A stretch of DNA of 64,000 nucleotides from Bdellovibrionales bacterium (GTDB lineage Bacteria; Bdellovibrionota; Bdellovibrionia; Bdellovibrionales; UBA1609). The DNA lies in NCBI GenBank assembly GCA_965199825.1, contig OZ241329.1:1056001-1120000 (forward strand), in the 5' to 3' direction. The notes beneath the pieces are model-generated. The model was not told the origin of the DNA, did not search any database, and was given only the letters and a program-made list of their open reading frames with translations. The position numbers and the translations under genes are program-made. Within the stretch, counting starts at the first letter, position 1. Each line of letters begins with the position of its first letter. Of the stretch, positions 8,038 through 17,829 are shown piece after piece.

Positions 8038-9985
8038 GCGCCCACAGCACTCCACCTTGAGCCGAATAAATCACCAAATTTCCATCGTCTTGCACGGCGA
8101 GCATCGCCCCAGGATTATTTCCTGTGGATGTGGTCCATCGTGCTTGGCCGGCATTGTCGTAAGACACCAAATTTCCATCAGACTGCATGACGAGATTGGC
8201 TCCAGCCGAAGTGTACCACATCACCGTTTGGTCTGATCGATACAGCACTAAGTTGCCGTTGGATTGAAGGTTAAGATAATAAGCGCCGCTCGGAGAACGC
8301 ACAATTCCAGAAGCCGTAATACTTTGATTGCTCCTTAAAGATCCAATCAAATTAACCGGATTGTTACCAAGAGGTTTGACCCAGGGAAAAAGCACCGAGA
8401 GGTCAATATCCACTCTGTGGGTGGACTGCGCCATTGAGCCGTCTAAAGGAATAACAGGTTGATTGAGTGCTAAATAATTTGTGGTGTCGCGGCAATCAAC
8501 CCGCACCCAAGTTTGTCCACCCCAAGAATCTAAACCCGAAATGTTTGAATTGGAACAGCGATGGCTAATTGGATTTGCAGGGTTATTCGGATCACACAAA
8601 ACACCTTGTCCTGTAGCCGCAGGTGAACCCGCAAAATTTGGATCTTGGCAGCGCGATAAAGGAATCCACGCTTCCCATCTTGTAAATCCATATTCGCGAG
8701 TAAAATAATAGCGTTCCATTCCGGTATTTTTTGCCGACAACTGATCTGAATAAAAATCGTAGGTCACAATCGATGACAGTGTTTTTTTACTTTCAAAAGT
8801 AACAGGTGCGGGTGCATTCCATACATCAAGAACATGATCTGCAAAATTTGTTGCGCAGCCTGCGGGAGCTGAATCTGTCAGCTCAACATGCCAACGTGGG
8901 TGCGAGCTGCTTCCGGAGCCCGCGTTAGGCTGAAACAAAATCCATCCACCCGAAAGTTGGGTGAGGTTCGATTGCCAAGCTTGATCATAACAACCTCCAT
9001 CAGAGGTGCGGATAAAAGAAAAATTTCCGCTGGTGGTTTCCATCAGATCATATCCATCTCGTGAAGGATCAAATCGAAATTGAAATGAAGAATCTAATGG
9101 ACCTTGTAGGTTTTTGGCTGTCATCACTTTCAAAGTTCCATCAACTCCGGGCACGGGATAACTAAAATTTGCCTGATAACGCTGACCATTTGTCGTATCA
9201 AAGTCACTGACAAGATAAGGAAATTTTTCGCCGATTTGAATATTGCGATGGCTCGCACAAACTGCAGGATCTCCTGCGATCACATGATTATTTTGATCAA
9301 CACAAACATCACCAATCACAAAATCTAGAGCCTGATCGCCAGAAGCCACGCGCTGATTGAGTGAAGCAATCAAAGGATCTGCAATTGGTTGAACAAAACA
9401 GGTTGAGTAACTTGCAGAACCCGAAAGATTTCCATTTACACATGTGCGTGCTTCAGATTGGCAATCTTGCCCGTAGCGCACACTCGACCAAATAAATCCT
9501 AGAACAGATTGGCCATTTGAAATTGTTTGTCCGTTAAATGAACATGCCGCTGGGCCTTGCACCTGACAGGTGCTTGCCAAAAATGACCCCGACAAATTTC
9601 CGTTGTCGCAAAGTCTTGATTCAGTTTTGCAAGTGTCACCGTAAGAAACCGACGTGGATTGAAAGAGGGTGAGGCTTTGCCCATCTAAAATTGTGATTCC
9701 CTCAACCGCACAATTTGCACGAACAGTTTGTATTGGAGTCACTGGAGGTGGCGTTACTATAGGTTGAGTCACTGAAGGTGGCGTCACTGTGGGCGGAGTG
9801 ACCGTGGGTTGCGTTAAGACGGGTTGCGAAGGAGCGACAACCGGCTGTGTCGTCGAAGTGGAGGTTTGCGATCCGGAAAGAGGTGCAACAGTCAGTGATT
9901 TAAAACCACTGCATCCTATTGAGAACAAAACCGCAGACAAAATATAGATTTGAAATACGATTTTGATAAAGCCCCCTTGACCCAA
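8030..9985 (-). CDS. Lipoprotein with Pro/Thr linker, two Cys-rich repeats and C-terminal bulb-type (B) lectin domain
   Basis: Lipobox-like SIGC; VTPP repeats; two ~50-aa C..C..E.R.C.NGNLSGS...TC repeats; QSNGNLVLY, QSDGNLVSY, QDDGNLVIY (QxDxNxVxY). Confidence 0.8.
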   Translation of the reverse strand: MGQGGFIKIVFQIYILSAVLFSIGCSGFKSLTVAPLSGSQTSTSTTQPVVAPSQPVLTQPTVTPPTVTPPSVTQPIVTPPPVTPIQTVRANCAVEGITILDGQSLTLFQSTSVSYGDTCKTESRLCDNGNLSGSFLASTCQVQGPAACSFNGQTISNGQSVLGFIWSSVRYGQDCQSEARTCVNGNLSGSASYSTCFVQPIADPLIASLNQRVASGDQALDFVIGDVCVDQNNHVIAGDPAVCASHRNIQIGEKFPYLVSDFDTTNGQRYQANFSYPVPGVDGTLKVMTAKNLQGPLDSSFQFRFDPSRDGYDLMETTSGNFSFIRTSDGGCYDQAWQSNLTQLSGGWILFQPNAGSGSSSHPRWHVELTDSAPAGCATNFADHVLDVWNAPAPVTFESKKTLSSIVTYDFYSDQLSAKNTGMERYYFTREYGFTRWEAWIPLSRCQDPNFAGSPAATGQGVLCDPNNPANPISHRCSNSNISGLDSWGGQTWVRVDCRDTTNYLALNQPVIPLDGSMAQSTHRVDIDLSVLFPWVKPLGNNPVNLIGSLRSNQSITASGIVRSPSGAYYLNLQSNGNLVLYRSDQTVMWYTSAGANLVMQSDGNLVSYDNAGQARWTTSTGNNPGAMLAVQDDGNLVIYSAQGGVLWALN

Positions 9986-9990
9986 TACTT

Positions 9991-10006
9991 TGCAAGGTGG
10001 ACTCCA
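9991..10006 (-). promoter_or_regulatory. Sigma54-like -24/-12 element upstream of the lectin lipoprotein
   Basis: Minus strand TGGAGTCCACCTTGCA (GG-N10-GC). Confidence 0.4.
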
Positions 10007-10111
10007 CGGGTAGCCAAGTTTAAACCGAAGATGGCATCGTCTTTCTCAAATAAGATCGACTAAGGATTCAACGTGTAAATTCATTCAACAAGCGCTGTCT
10101 CACACTGAGAC

Positions 10112-10843
10112 TTAAGGCGTTGATGAGGGCGAAGAATTTTCTTTTGATTTTAAAAATTGTGATGGATTCGAAGTTTGCCAATCAAAAAAATCTTTTTTGG
10201 TTTGACACTTCTGCAATTCTTTTTTGTAGAGTTCATTCAATTCATCATTATTCATTTGATCAGAATTTGGTGATCCAAAAAAAGCAATCTGACCCGGTCG
10301 TTTCAAAATGCTCAAACGTTCGCGAATCATAATTTTCAGGCGGCTCATCTTAACGGGCGAGGGTAAATTAAAATAAGACGATAGATCTCGACAAATTGAA
10401 GCATCCTTTAAGACGGTAAACGTTTTATTGTTTATTTTAGTAACCGTATCGAGTGCGCACGTATTGATGCTATTTACGAATCGATAAGTTTTATTTTGGT
10501 AGGAGATCTCAAAACCTTTTTCATCCCTTTGAATGTTAAGATCAGACTCATTATCTTGCTCATTTTGATTGAAGGCGACATTTTGCTTTAAACCTGTTGC
10601 CGCTTTAAAATGAAGAACATCATGCGCCGAATTGAGATCATAGGATTTTGTCGAAACCCGATTGAGTTGTGGCAATTGATTCAAGGTGCGATTGATTTCT
10701 GTAATTTCGTTAGCGGTGACTCGACCATCTGCCAGTACGGTTGCTAACGCGGCAACGACAGGCGAGGAAACAGTTTTTATTTGCTCTTCGCAACTGATGT
10801 TTGCAAATGAGAGCGCGATATTTAGGGCAATCCATAAAATCAT
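10112..10843 (-). CDS. Secreted hypothetical protein
   Basis: MILWIALNIALSFA then ISCEEQI. Confidence 0.6.
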   Translation of the reverse strand: MILWIALNIALSFANISCEEQIKTVSSPVVAALATVLADGRVTANEITEINRTLNQLPQLNRVSTKSYDLNSAHDVLHFKAATGLKQNVAFNQNEQDNESDLNIQRDEKGFEISYQNKTYRFVNSINTCALDTVTKINNKTFTVLKDASICRDLSSYFNLPSPVKMSRLKIMIRERLSILKRPGQIAFFGSPNSDQMNNDELNELYKKELQKCQTKKDFFDWQTSNPSQFLKSKENSSPSSTP

Positions 10844-10918
10844 ATGTCAAAAGTTTACCACAACTCATTACACGCTCAATTGAGAGATCGACAAAAGGCC
10901 AGGTATCGCAGGAAGTCT

Positions 10919-10945
10919 TAAGCACTTAGATAAATGCGTCGATAA
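10919..10945 (+). promoter_or_regulatory. Sigma28 (FliA)-like promoter
   Basis: TAAG-N15-GTCGATAA just upstream of the ATG at 10963. Confidence 0.5.
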
Positions 10946-10962
10946 ATCCTGGGTGGTCTAAA

Positions 10963-13788
10963 ATGAAGTTCCTCATTCAAATGCCTTTTTTAGTGGGTGC
11001 GATTCTCATCGCGGGATTTGTGAGCCTTTGGCAAATGCAACTTCGTAACGAGATCAACTACCAACACTCACGTGTCGAAGCTGAGCATCAACGGGTCGAA
11101 CTTGAAATCACCGAGACACTCAAGCAAACCTCATTTGCTCTTGAGCGATACGCTTCGAGAGTCGAAATTCTCGGGACCAAGAACACCGCATTTTTAAATC
11201 ATGATAGCGATGCTTACTTAAGACAAATTCCGATTCTTAAGCGTATGGGAATCGTCGACAAAAACTACCGCGTGTATTGGTCCTATCCTCACGATTTTGA
11301 TGCGCAAATTTTAGGTTATGACCAAAGAAAAGAGCTTGAGCGTCGCGAGGCTTTTGATTTGGCAAAAGAAACCAGATCGCCAATTTTAAGTCATATCATC
11401 GATTTGCGTTCGGGTAGCCGTGGGTTCATTATTCCGGTGGCTTTATTTCCAAACGGAAAATTTGATGGATTTGTTTACGCAACAATTAGCGTGGAAAAAC
11501 TTGCATCAAGTTACCTTGCTAATCCAAATTTGCTAATCACTTTACGCACAGGCGATGAGATTATTCATCAGTCAAAGGTTTCGGACGAGATTGCGATTGA
11601 GCTGAAACAAAACCGCGATATTCGTATTGGCAAAGCCAATATCAATATCGAAATTGTTCCGACAAAAAAGTTTTTGGCGGCTGGACGTTCAAGCCTTCCC
11701 TCGAGCATTCTTTATTTTGGAATATTAGTTTCGATTTTGATATCGGCATTGACCCACAGCATGTCTCGTTCGCGTAAAACTGCCATCAACAATCTCGAAT
11801 GGCGAAAGACGCTGATCAACTCGGCACATTACGGAATTATCTCTACCGACGAAAATGGAATCATTCGGACTTTTAGTCGTGCAGCAGCAGATATGTTTGG
11901 TTACGATCCCGATGATTTGATCGGCAAATCCTCACCAATGATTTTTCATAAAATTGACGAGGTCGAGGCGGTATCAAAAACTCTGAGTGTTGAACTTGGA
12001 CGAAAAATCAAACCTGGCTTAGATACCTTTACCTTAAAAGCAAAGTTGACCGGAATCCCTGACGAAAACGAATGGACTTTTAAAAGAAAAGACCAAACCG
12101 AATTCCAAGGAAGTCTCTCGGTCACCGCAATTTTTAATACTTCAGGGGTGATCACCGGATATCTCGGAATCTGTCAAAATCTGACAGAACGAAAAAAAGC
12201 GGACGAAGAAATTCGTTCAACCGCTCAACGACTTCAGCGCGTGATTGAAGCCACTGAAGAAGGAATTTGGGAGCGAGAGTATGTTCCTAATGGTGAAATC
12301 ACTTTTATCGATTCACAAGGAAAAATCGTCCACGGTTTTGAACCAGAAGACGATGTGAAATATGTTGATGTCATTTCTATGGTTGATTCAGATGATTTGG
12401 CAAAAGTCGGAGATCAAATCCGAATGCATGTTGAAAATAAAACTTTGGGTTTTGAGGTTGAATATCGCTTGTATCCTAAAGATGGGCTCACTCACTGGAT
12501 TCGGGCACGCGGCAAAGTGATTGAGCGCCCTCAACAAAACGCCCTTTTAGTTTCAACCATTCGGGATGTGACCGCAGAAATCGAAACTCGAGACCGTTTA
12601 AAACACGCCCTTTACCAGGCCGAAGAAGCCACTCGTGCAAAATCAGAATTTTTGGCCAATATGTCTCACGAGATCAGAACTCCTCTTAATGGAGTCATTG
12701 GGATGACCGGGCTCTTGTTGGATTGTCCCCTTGGTGACACCGAAAAAGAATATGCCGAAACGGTTCGCAATTCTGCAGAAGCACTTTTAAATTTAATTAA
12801 CGACATTTTGGATTTTTCAAAAATCGAGGCGCGCAAATTAGACCTTGAAAATATTGAATTTAATTTTGATCGCACGATTTCAAATATTTTATCTTTACTC
12901 GATTTTTCGGCTAAGAAAAAAGACATCAAAATTCACTTTCATCCCTCAGTCGACATCAAAACCGCCACCTTTAAAGGGGATCCAAATCGCATAGGACAAG
13001 TTCTTGCGAATTTGGTGAGCAACGCTGTGAAATTCACACCAAGTGGAGACATCACAGTGGATGTGTTTTTTGATGGCTCGCCTCAGGTAGAAAATAAAAA
13101 ATGTTTACGTGTCGAGGTCAGCGATACTGGGATCGGGATGTCGACTGAGGCTCTGCGCCGAATATTTCAGCCATTTAGCCAAGCAGATAGCTCGACCACT
13201 CGTAAATTTGGTGGAACTGGCCTTGGACTCTCAATCTCCAAACACCTTTGCGAAATTATGGGTGGTGAGATTGGTGTGCGCAGTGTTGAAGGCAAAGGTT
13301 CGACCTTTTGGTTTACCCTCGTGGTCGAGACTATTGAAAAATCGAAGCAGAATGGTTTAAACGAATCCAAAGTGGTGGTTAATGATGGATCTTTAAATAA
13401 GGTCCGTGTTCTTTTGGCTGAGGACAATTCAGTCAACCAGATGATTGCCAAAAAGATGCTCGAAAAGCATGGCATCCGGGTTGATGTGGTTGCAAACGGA
13501 CAAGAAGCAATCGTTGCACTGGCCCATGTTCCCTATGACTTGGTTCTGATGGATTGTCAGATGCCCGAGCTCAATGGTTACGAAGCGACCATGAAAATTC
13601 GCGAAAACAAATCCACCCCATATTCTAACATTCCAATTATTGCACTGACCGCCAACGCCATGTCGAGCGACCGAATCAAATGTCTTGAGGCGGGCATGAA
13701 TGACTACGTCACCAAACCGGTAAAAGCTGATGAATTGATTGGCGCCATCAAACGCGCTTTCGATAAAACCGATAAACTCGTCGCCTGA
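10963..13788 (+). CDS. Membrane hybrid histidine kinase (CHASE-like, 2x PAS, HisKA, HATPase, REC)
   Basis: Two TM segments flanking a periplasmic sensor, [16 protein letters not shown]-box, GGTGLGL G2 box, [10 protein letters not shown] receiver. Confidence 0.92.
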   Translation: MKFLIQMPFLVGAILIAGFVSLWQMQLRNEINYQHSRVEAEHQRVELEITETLKQTSFALERYASRVEILGTKNTAFLNHDSDAYLRQIPILKRMGIVDKNYRVYWSYPHDFDAQILGYDQRKELERREAFDLAKETRSPILSHIIDLRSGSRGFIIPVALFPNGKFDGFVYATISVEKLASSYLANPNLLITLRTGDEIIHQSKVSDEIAIELKQNRDIRIGKANINIEIVPTKKFLAAGRSSLPSSILYFGILVSILISALTHSMSRSRKTAINNLEWRKTLINSAHYGIISTDENGIIRTFSRAAADMFGYDPDDLIGKSSPMIFHKIDEVEAVSKTLSVELGRKIKPGLDTFTLKAKLTGIPDENEWTFKRKDQTEFQGSLSVTAIFNTSGVITGYLGICQNLTERKKADEEIRSTAQRLQRVIEATEEGIWEREYVPNGEITFIDSQGKIVHGFEPEDDVKYVDVISMVDSDDLAKVGDQIRMHVENKTLGFEVEYRLYPKDGLTHWIRARGKVIERPQQNALLVSTIRDVTAEIETRDRLKHALYQAEEATRAKSEFLANMSHEIRTPLNGVIGMTGLLLDCPLGDTEKEYAETVRNSAEALLNLINDILDFSKIEARKLDLENIEFNFDRTISNILSLLDFSAKKKDIKIHFHPSVDIKTATFKGDPNRIGQVLANLVSNAVKFTPSGDITVDVFFDGSPQVENKKCLRVEVSDTGIGMSTEALRRIFQPFSQADSSTTRKFGGTGLGLSISKHLCEIMGGEIGVRSVEGKGSTFWFTLVVETIEKSKQNGLNESKVVVNDGSLNKVRVLLAEDNSVNQMIAKKMLEKHGIRVDVVANGQEAIVALAHVPYDLVLMDCQMPELNGYEATMKIRENKSTPYSNIPIIALTANAMSSDRIKCLEAGMNDYVTKPVKADELIGAIKRAFDKTDKLVA

Positions 13789-13936
13789 TTTTTAATCACT
13801 CGGCGTGAACGATGGTTGATGATCTCTTTGAGCCAACCAGACCTATCCTCCTAAAATGACAAACTGAGCCTTTGGCAAAATAAATTCCACTCTCTGATTG
13901 GGCATGATAATTATACGATGCCAATGGGAGTTTTCG

Positions 13937-16900
13937 ATGAAGCATATCTCGTCATTCCAAAAGTTTACGGCTGAGGCCTGCGAAAAAGAACCGATCCATA
14001 TTCCAGGGTCTGTGCAGCCCCATGGAATTTTGATTGCGCTGAGATCTTCAGATTTAACTATTCAGCAGATTAGCTCGAATGTTTTTGATCATTTGGGGAT
14101 TCATCCTGATGAGCTCCTTCACCAACCTTTGTCACAGTTGATGGATCTTCATCCGGTGGAGCAGGCCACTCTTAAACTGGGCGAGCGGATGCCGCGGCTT
14201 CTTAATCCGATTCCGATTATTATCGAGGCCCATGGCCGGCGTCGGAGTTATGATGGAATCCTCCACCGCAGCGGTCGGACAATCATTTTAGAGCTCGAAA
14301 ACCACATTCCCCGTAACGAAGGGTATGGGGGATTTGGCGGATTTTACGAAGCTATTCGCGAGGTCGCCACTCAACTGATGAGTGCTCACTCACTCGACGA
14401 AATTCTAACTAACGGATGTGTTGAACTTCGAAAACTCACCAGTTTTTCGCGGGTACTTGCTTATAAATTTGATGACGATTGGAATGGGGCTGTCGTAGCC
14501 GAATCGAGAGAGCCTCATATGCCCTCACTTCTTCATCATCGATTTCCGTCGACAGATATTCCAAAGCAGGCTCGAGATCTTTACACCACAAATTGGCTTC
14601 GATTGATCCCTGATGTGGACTACGTACCAAGCCCAATTGTTCCGAGTTTAAATCCCTTAACCGATAAGCCGCTAGATCTCAGTAATTCGGTTTTACGAAG
14701 CGTGTCGCCTGTTCATGTTGAGTACATGCGCAATATGGGCCAGGCCGCATCGATGTCGATTTCACTTTTAAAAGACAAAAAACTTTGGGGTTTGATTTCG
14801 TGTCATCACGAAAAATCAAATTACCTCAAATTTGATACCCGGGTGGCTGCGGAGTTTATTGGTCAAATGGTCTCGGCCCAGATCACTGCGCGTGAAGATG
14901 CCAGTGAGGAAGATAATCCCAGTCATCTTCGTATCCTTTTATCTGCCGCACTTTCTTCGCGCACCGGACTTTCGGGTGCCTTCGATATATTAAAAAAATA
15001 TGGCAATCATCTGATGGGAGTTGCGGACTCAAGAGGTGTGGCGGTCTGTTCAAAAACTCAGTGCCATACCTTTGGAGTTGTTCCTCAAGCCTCTGACATT
15101 AAAGTTTTAAGAAATTTGTTAGCCAAACGAAATGATCGTTTTTTCTACACCAATGAAATCAGAAAATTTCAGGAATTCAGCAAAGAGTTTATTTCAAAGG
15201 CCGCCGGCGTAATGGCAATTCTACTTCCTAATGGGGCTCAAATTATTTGGTTTCGACCAGAGGTCATCGAGCAAATTCCTTGGAGCGGCAATCCTAATTT
15301 ATCAAAAGAAAAAGATCCCGATGGTCAATTAAGACCAAGAAAATCTTTTGAAACTTGGCTTGAAAATGTCGAAGGCAAATCGCTCTCTTGGAAAGAGGCT
15401 GACATTAGCGCAGTCAAACTTTTAAACGAGGCTCTTTCAGGAATGCCTGATGAAATTGTTGATTCAGAAAAAGAAAATAGCGGAGCGTTTAGATCTGCAC
15501 TGGCCCGCTCCATTGAGAATACCCATTCAACAAAGGAATCCAGAGAACCTACTGTCACCGAACATCCGAGCAATTTGCAAGAGGCTTCAGTCAATTCGCG
15601 AGCACTGCTTGATGGTTTTGCCGAGTTTTCGGTTTTGTTTTTAAGTCCAGTGGGTGAAATTCAAACTTGGACCTTAGGTGCTACTCGTCTTCTGGGATAC
15701 ACCACCACACAAGCAGTGGGAAAGCGGATGGATCTTTTTTTAAGCGACGATGAAATCGCAAAAGATAAACACTCCCGCATTCTTGAGTATGTTGCGGGTC
15801 ACAACCGCTGCGAAGAAGAAATTTGGCTTTACCGGGCCGATCGCTCAAGTTTTTGGGGAAAAATCATGGTCGCAGCTGTCCGTGATGAAAAAGAAAGTCT
15901 TATTGGCTACTCTGTGGTGATTCAAGACGTCACCAAAGAAAAGGCTGCAGAAGAGGAGCTCCGGGCGACAAAAGTTGCAGCCGAAGCCGCAAATAGAGCA
16001 AAAACAGCATTTCTCGCTAACATCAGCCACGAGATCAGAACTCCTCTGGGAGCTGTTCTCGGTTTTGCCGAACTACTTGGGGCTACAACAATTAGCGATG
16101 AAGATCGCGCCAATTTAAGTGACCGGATCCATCGCAATGGCGAGCAGCTCACAAGTTTGATTAATGATCTTTTAGATCTCACAAAAGTTGAAGCCAATAA
16201 GCTCGATGTCGAACTTTTGGAGTTTGATCTTTCAGCCTTATTGCTGGATACCAGCGAAACACTCTCAATCAAAGCCTCGGAAAAAAGTATTCAGCTTGTA
16301 TTCAAAGTCAATGGATTGGTGCCCCGATTTATCGTGAGCGATCCCACACGGCTTAGACAAATTTTGGTCAACATTATTAGTAATGCAATTAAGTTTACGC
16401 CCGAAGGTGGTAAAGTCTCGGTGTCGGTTTCACAACAAAATGTAGACCAACAAAATAAGATCCATATTCATGTGTCAGATACCGGTCGTGGGATGAGCGA
16501 AGATCAAACAAAAAATTTATTTAAACCGTTTGTCCAAGCCGATGTTTCAACCACCCGCAAATTTGGTGGCACGGGTCTTGGCCTTTTTGTTTCACGTCGA
16601 CTGGCTCGACTTCTCAACGGAGATGTTTCAATCGAAGAATCAGAAATTGGCAAAGGAAGTGTATTTTTAATTTCTGTGGATGCGGGTCAACCTCAAAGCG
16701 AAAAGGTTTTTACCGCACTTGAGCCCTCCACAAAAACTGCTCCCCTTAATCTTTTGGACAACGAAGAACTCAAAAACACAAAAATATTGGTTGTTGATGA
16801 TTCGCCAGACAATCGACAGCTCATCCAATTTTATTTGATGCGTGCGGGAGCCCATGTCGAAGTTGCCGAAAACGGCCGCGAAGGGATTGAAAAAGCATTT

Positions 16901-17146
16901 GGTGGATCTTTCGATGTGGTCTTGATGGATATCCAGATGCCGATTCTTGATGGCAACGCCGCAATGCGAGAGCTCAAATCAAGTGGGTACAAAAAACCTG
17001 TGGTCGCACTCACCGCACATGCAATGTCAGAAGAAAAAGATCATTCTCTTTCATTGGGTTTTAGTGACTATGTGACCAAACCCATTCAGCGAGATGTTTT
17101 GGTACGAACCATTCGTGAGCTGATAAAAAAAATGAATTCTCATTAA
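13937..17146 (+). CDS. bphP: Bacteriophytochrome hybrid histidine kinase (PAS-GAF-PHY-PAS-HisKA-HATPase-REC)
   Basis: ACEKEPIHIPGSVQPHG with N-terminal Cys, DIP motif, SVSPVHVEYM, PHY tongue PRKSFETW, ISHEIRTP, receiver LMDIQMP; GGGAG RBS before ATG 13937 (ORF opens at 13898). Confidence 0.93.
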   Translation: MKHISSFQKFTAEACEKEPIHIPGSVQPHGILIALRSSDLTIQQISSNVFDHLGIHPDELLHQPLSQLMDLHPVEQATLKLGERMPRLLNPIPIIIEAHGRRRSYDGILHRSGRTIILELENHIPRNEGYGGFGGFYEAIREVATQLMSAHSLDEILTNGCVELRKLTSFSRVLAYKFDDDWNGAVVAESREPHMPSLLHHRFPSTDIPKQARDLYTTNWLRLIPDVDYVPSPIVPSLNPLTDKPLDLSNSVLRSVSPVHVEYMRNMGQAASMSISLLKDKKLWGLISCHHEKSNYLKFDTRVAAEFIGQMVSAQITAREDASEEDNPSHLRILLSAALSSRTGLSGAFDILKKYGNHLMGVADSRGVAVCSKTQCHTFGVVPQASDIKVLRNLLAKRNDRFFYTNEIRKFQEFSKEFISKAAGVMAILLPNGAQIIWFRPEVIEQIPWSGNPNLSKEKDPDGQLRPRKSFETWLENVEGKSLSWKEADISAVKLLNEALSGMPDEIVDSEKENSGAFRSALARSIENTHSTKESREPTVTEHPSNLQEASVNSRALLDGFAEFSVLFLSPVGEIQTWTLGATRLLGYTTTQAVGKRMDLFLSDDEIAKDKHSRILEYVAGHNRCEEEIWLYRADRSSFWGKIMVAAVRDEKESLIGYSVVIQDVTKEKAAEEELRATKVAAEAANRAKTAFLANISHEIRTPLGAVLGFAELLGATTISDEDRANLSDRIHRNGEQLTSLINDLLDLTKVEANKLDVELLEFDLSALLLDTSETLSIKASEKSIQLVFKVNGLVPRFIVSDPTRLRQILVNIISNAIKFTPEGGKVSVSVSQQNVDQQNKIHIHVSDTGRGMSEDQTKNLFKPFVQADVSTTRKFGGTGLGLFVSRRLARLLNGDVSIEESEIGKGSVFLISVDAGQPQSEKVFTALEPSTKTAPLNLLDNEELKNTKILVVDDSPDNRQLIQFYLMRAGAHVEVAENGREGIEKAFGGSFDVVLMDIQMPILDGNAAMRELKSSGYKKPVVALTAHAMSEEKDHSLSLGFSDYVTKPIQRDVLVRTIRELIKKMNSH

Positions 17147-17157
17147 GGATCGTTAAA

Positions 17158-17829
17158 ATGAAAAAAGTGAATGTGCTCTCGTTAAAGCCCACACAGTTTG
17201 CGGTGGGTATGCTCGAGGTCGACGAAAAAATTGCGATTGCCAAAGCGTTTTCAAAAAAAGAACGCAAAAAATATGTGGATGAAAATCCTGTTCCGGTGGT
17301 GGTCGGTCCTGATGGGGATTACTACATTGTGGATCACCATCATTTTTTATGTGTTTGCTACCATACCGATATCAAAAAAGTTCGAGTCAAAATTGTTGAG
17401 GATAAAACGAAATCAAAACTCGATTACGAAAACTTTTGGCAGTGGATGTTTAAGAGTCGTAACGCTTATCCATTTTGCCAATTTGGCGAGGGCCCACGAA
17501 AAGCACTTTATCTCCCTCGCGATATTCGTGGACTTGCCGATGATCCTTACCGCAGCCTTGCATGGTTTGTTCGTAAGGCAGGAGCATTCGAAAACAGCGA
17601 TCGCAATTTTGCAGAATTTCAGTGGGCCAATTTTTTTCGAAAGCATGAACTCCTCGATCATAAGGGATTGATTGCCATGCCTGAGGCATTGATCCAAGCG
17701 GTCAAATTGGCCCAAAGTAAGGCTGCTAAAAAATTACCGGGCTATGGAAAACTAAATATTGGTTCTAAAATTGATGTTTTAAAAAAGGCAAAACGAAAAG
17801 GAAAACAGGTGATTCAAGAAATCACTTAA
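17158..17829 (+). CDS. ParB-like protein (ParBc_2 family)
   Basis: LKPTQFAVG, YIVDHHH, LADDPYRSLA, FAEFQWANF motifs. Confidence 0.8.
   Translation: MKKVNVLSLKPTQFAVGMLEVDEKIAIAKAFSKKERKKYVDENPVPVVVGPDGDYYIVDHHHFLCVCYHTDIKKVRVKIVEDKTKSKLDYENFWQWMFKSRNAYPFCQFGEGPRKALYLPRDIRGLADDPYRSLAWFVRKAGAFENSDRNFAEFQWANFFRKHELLDHKGLIAMPEALIQAVKLAQSKAAKKLPGYGKLNIGSKIDVLKKAKRKGKQVIQEIT

Noticed and set aside
9730..9860. Short tandem-like repeats here and at about 32860-33020
   Set aside because: They encode Pro/Thr/Ser linkers of lipoproteins.
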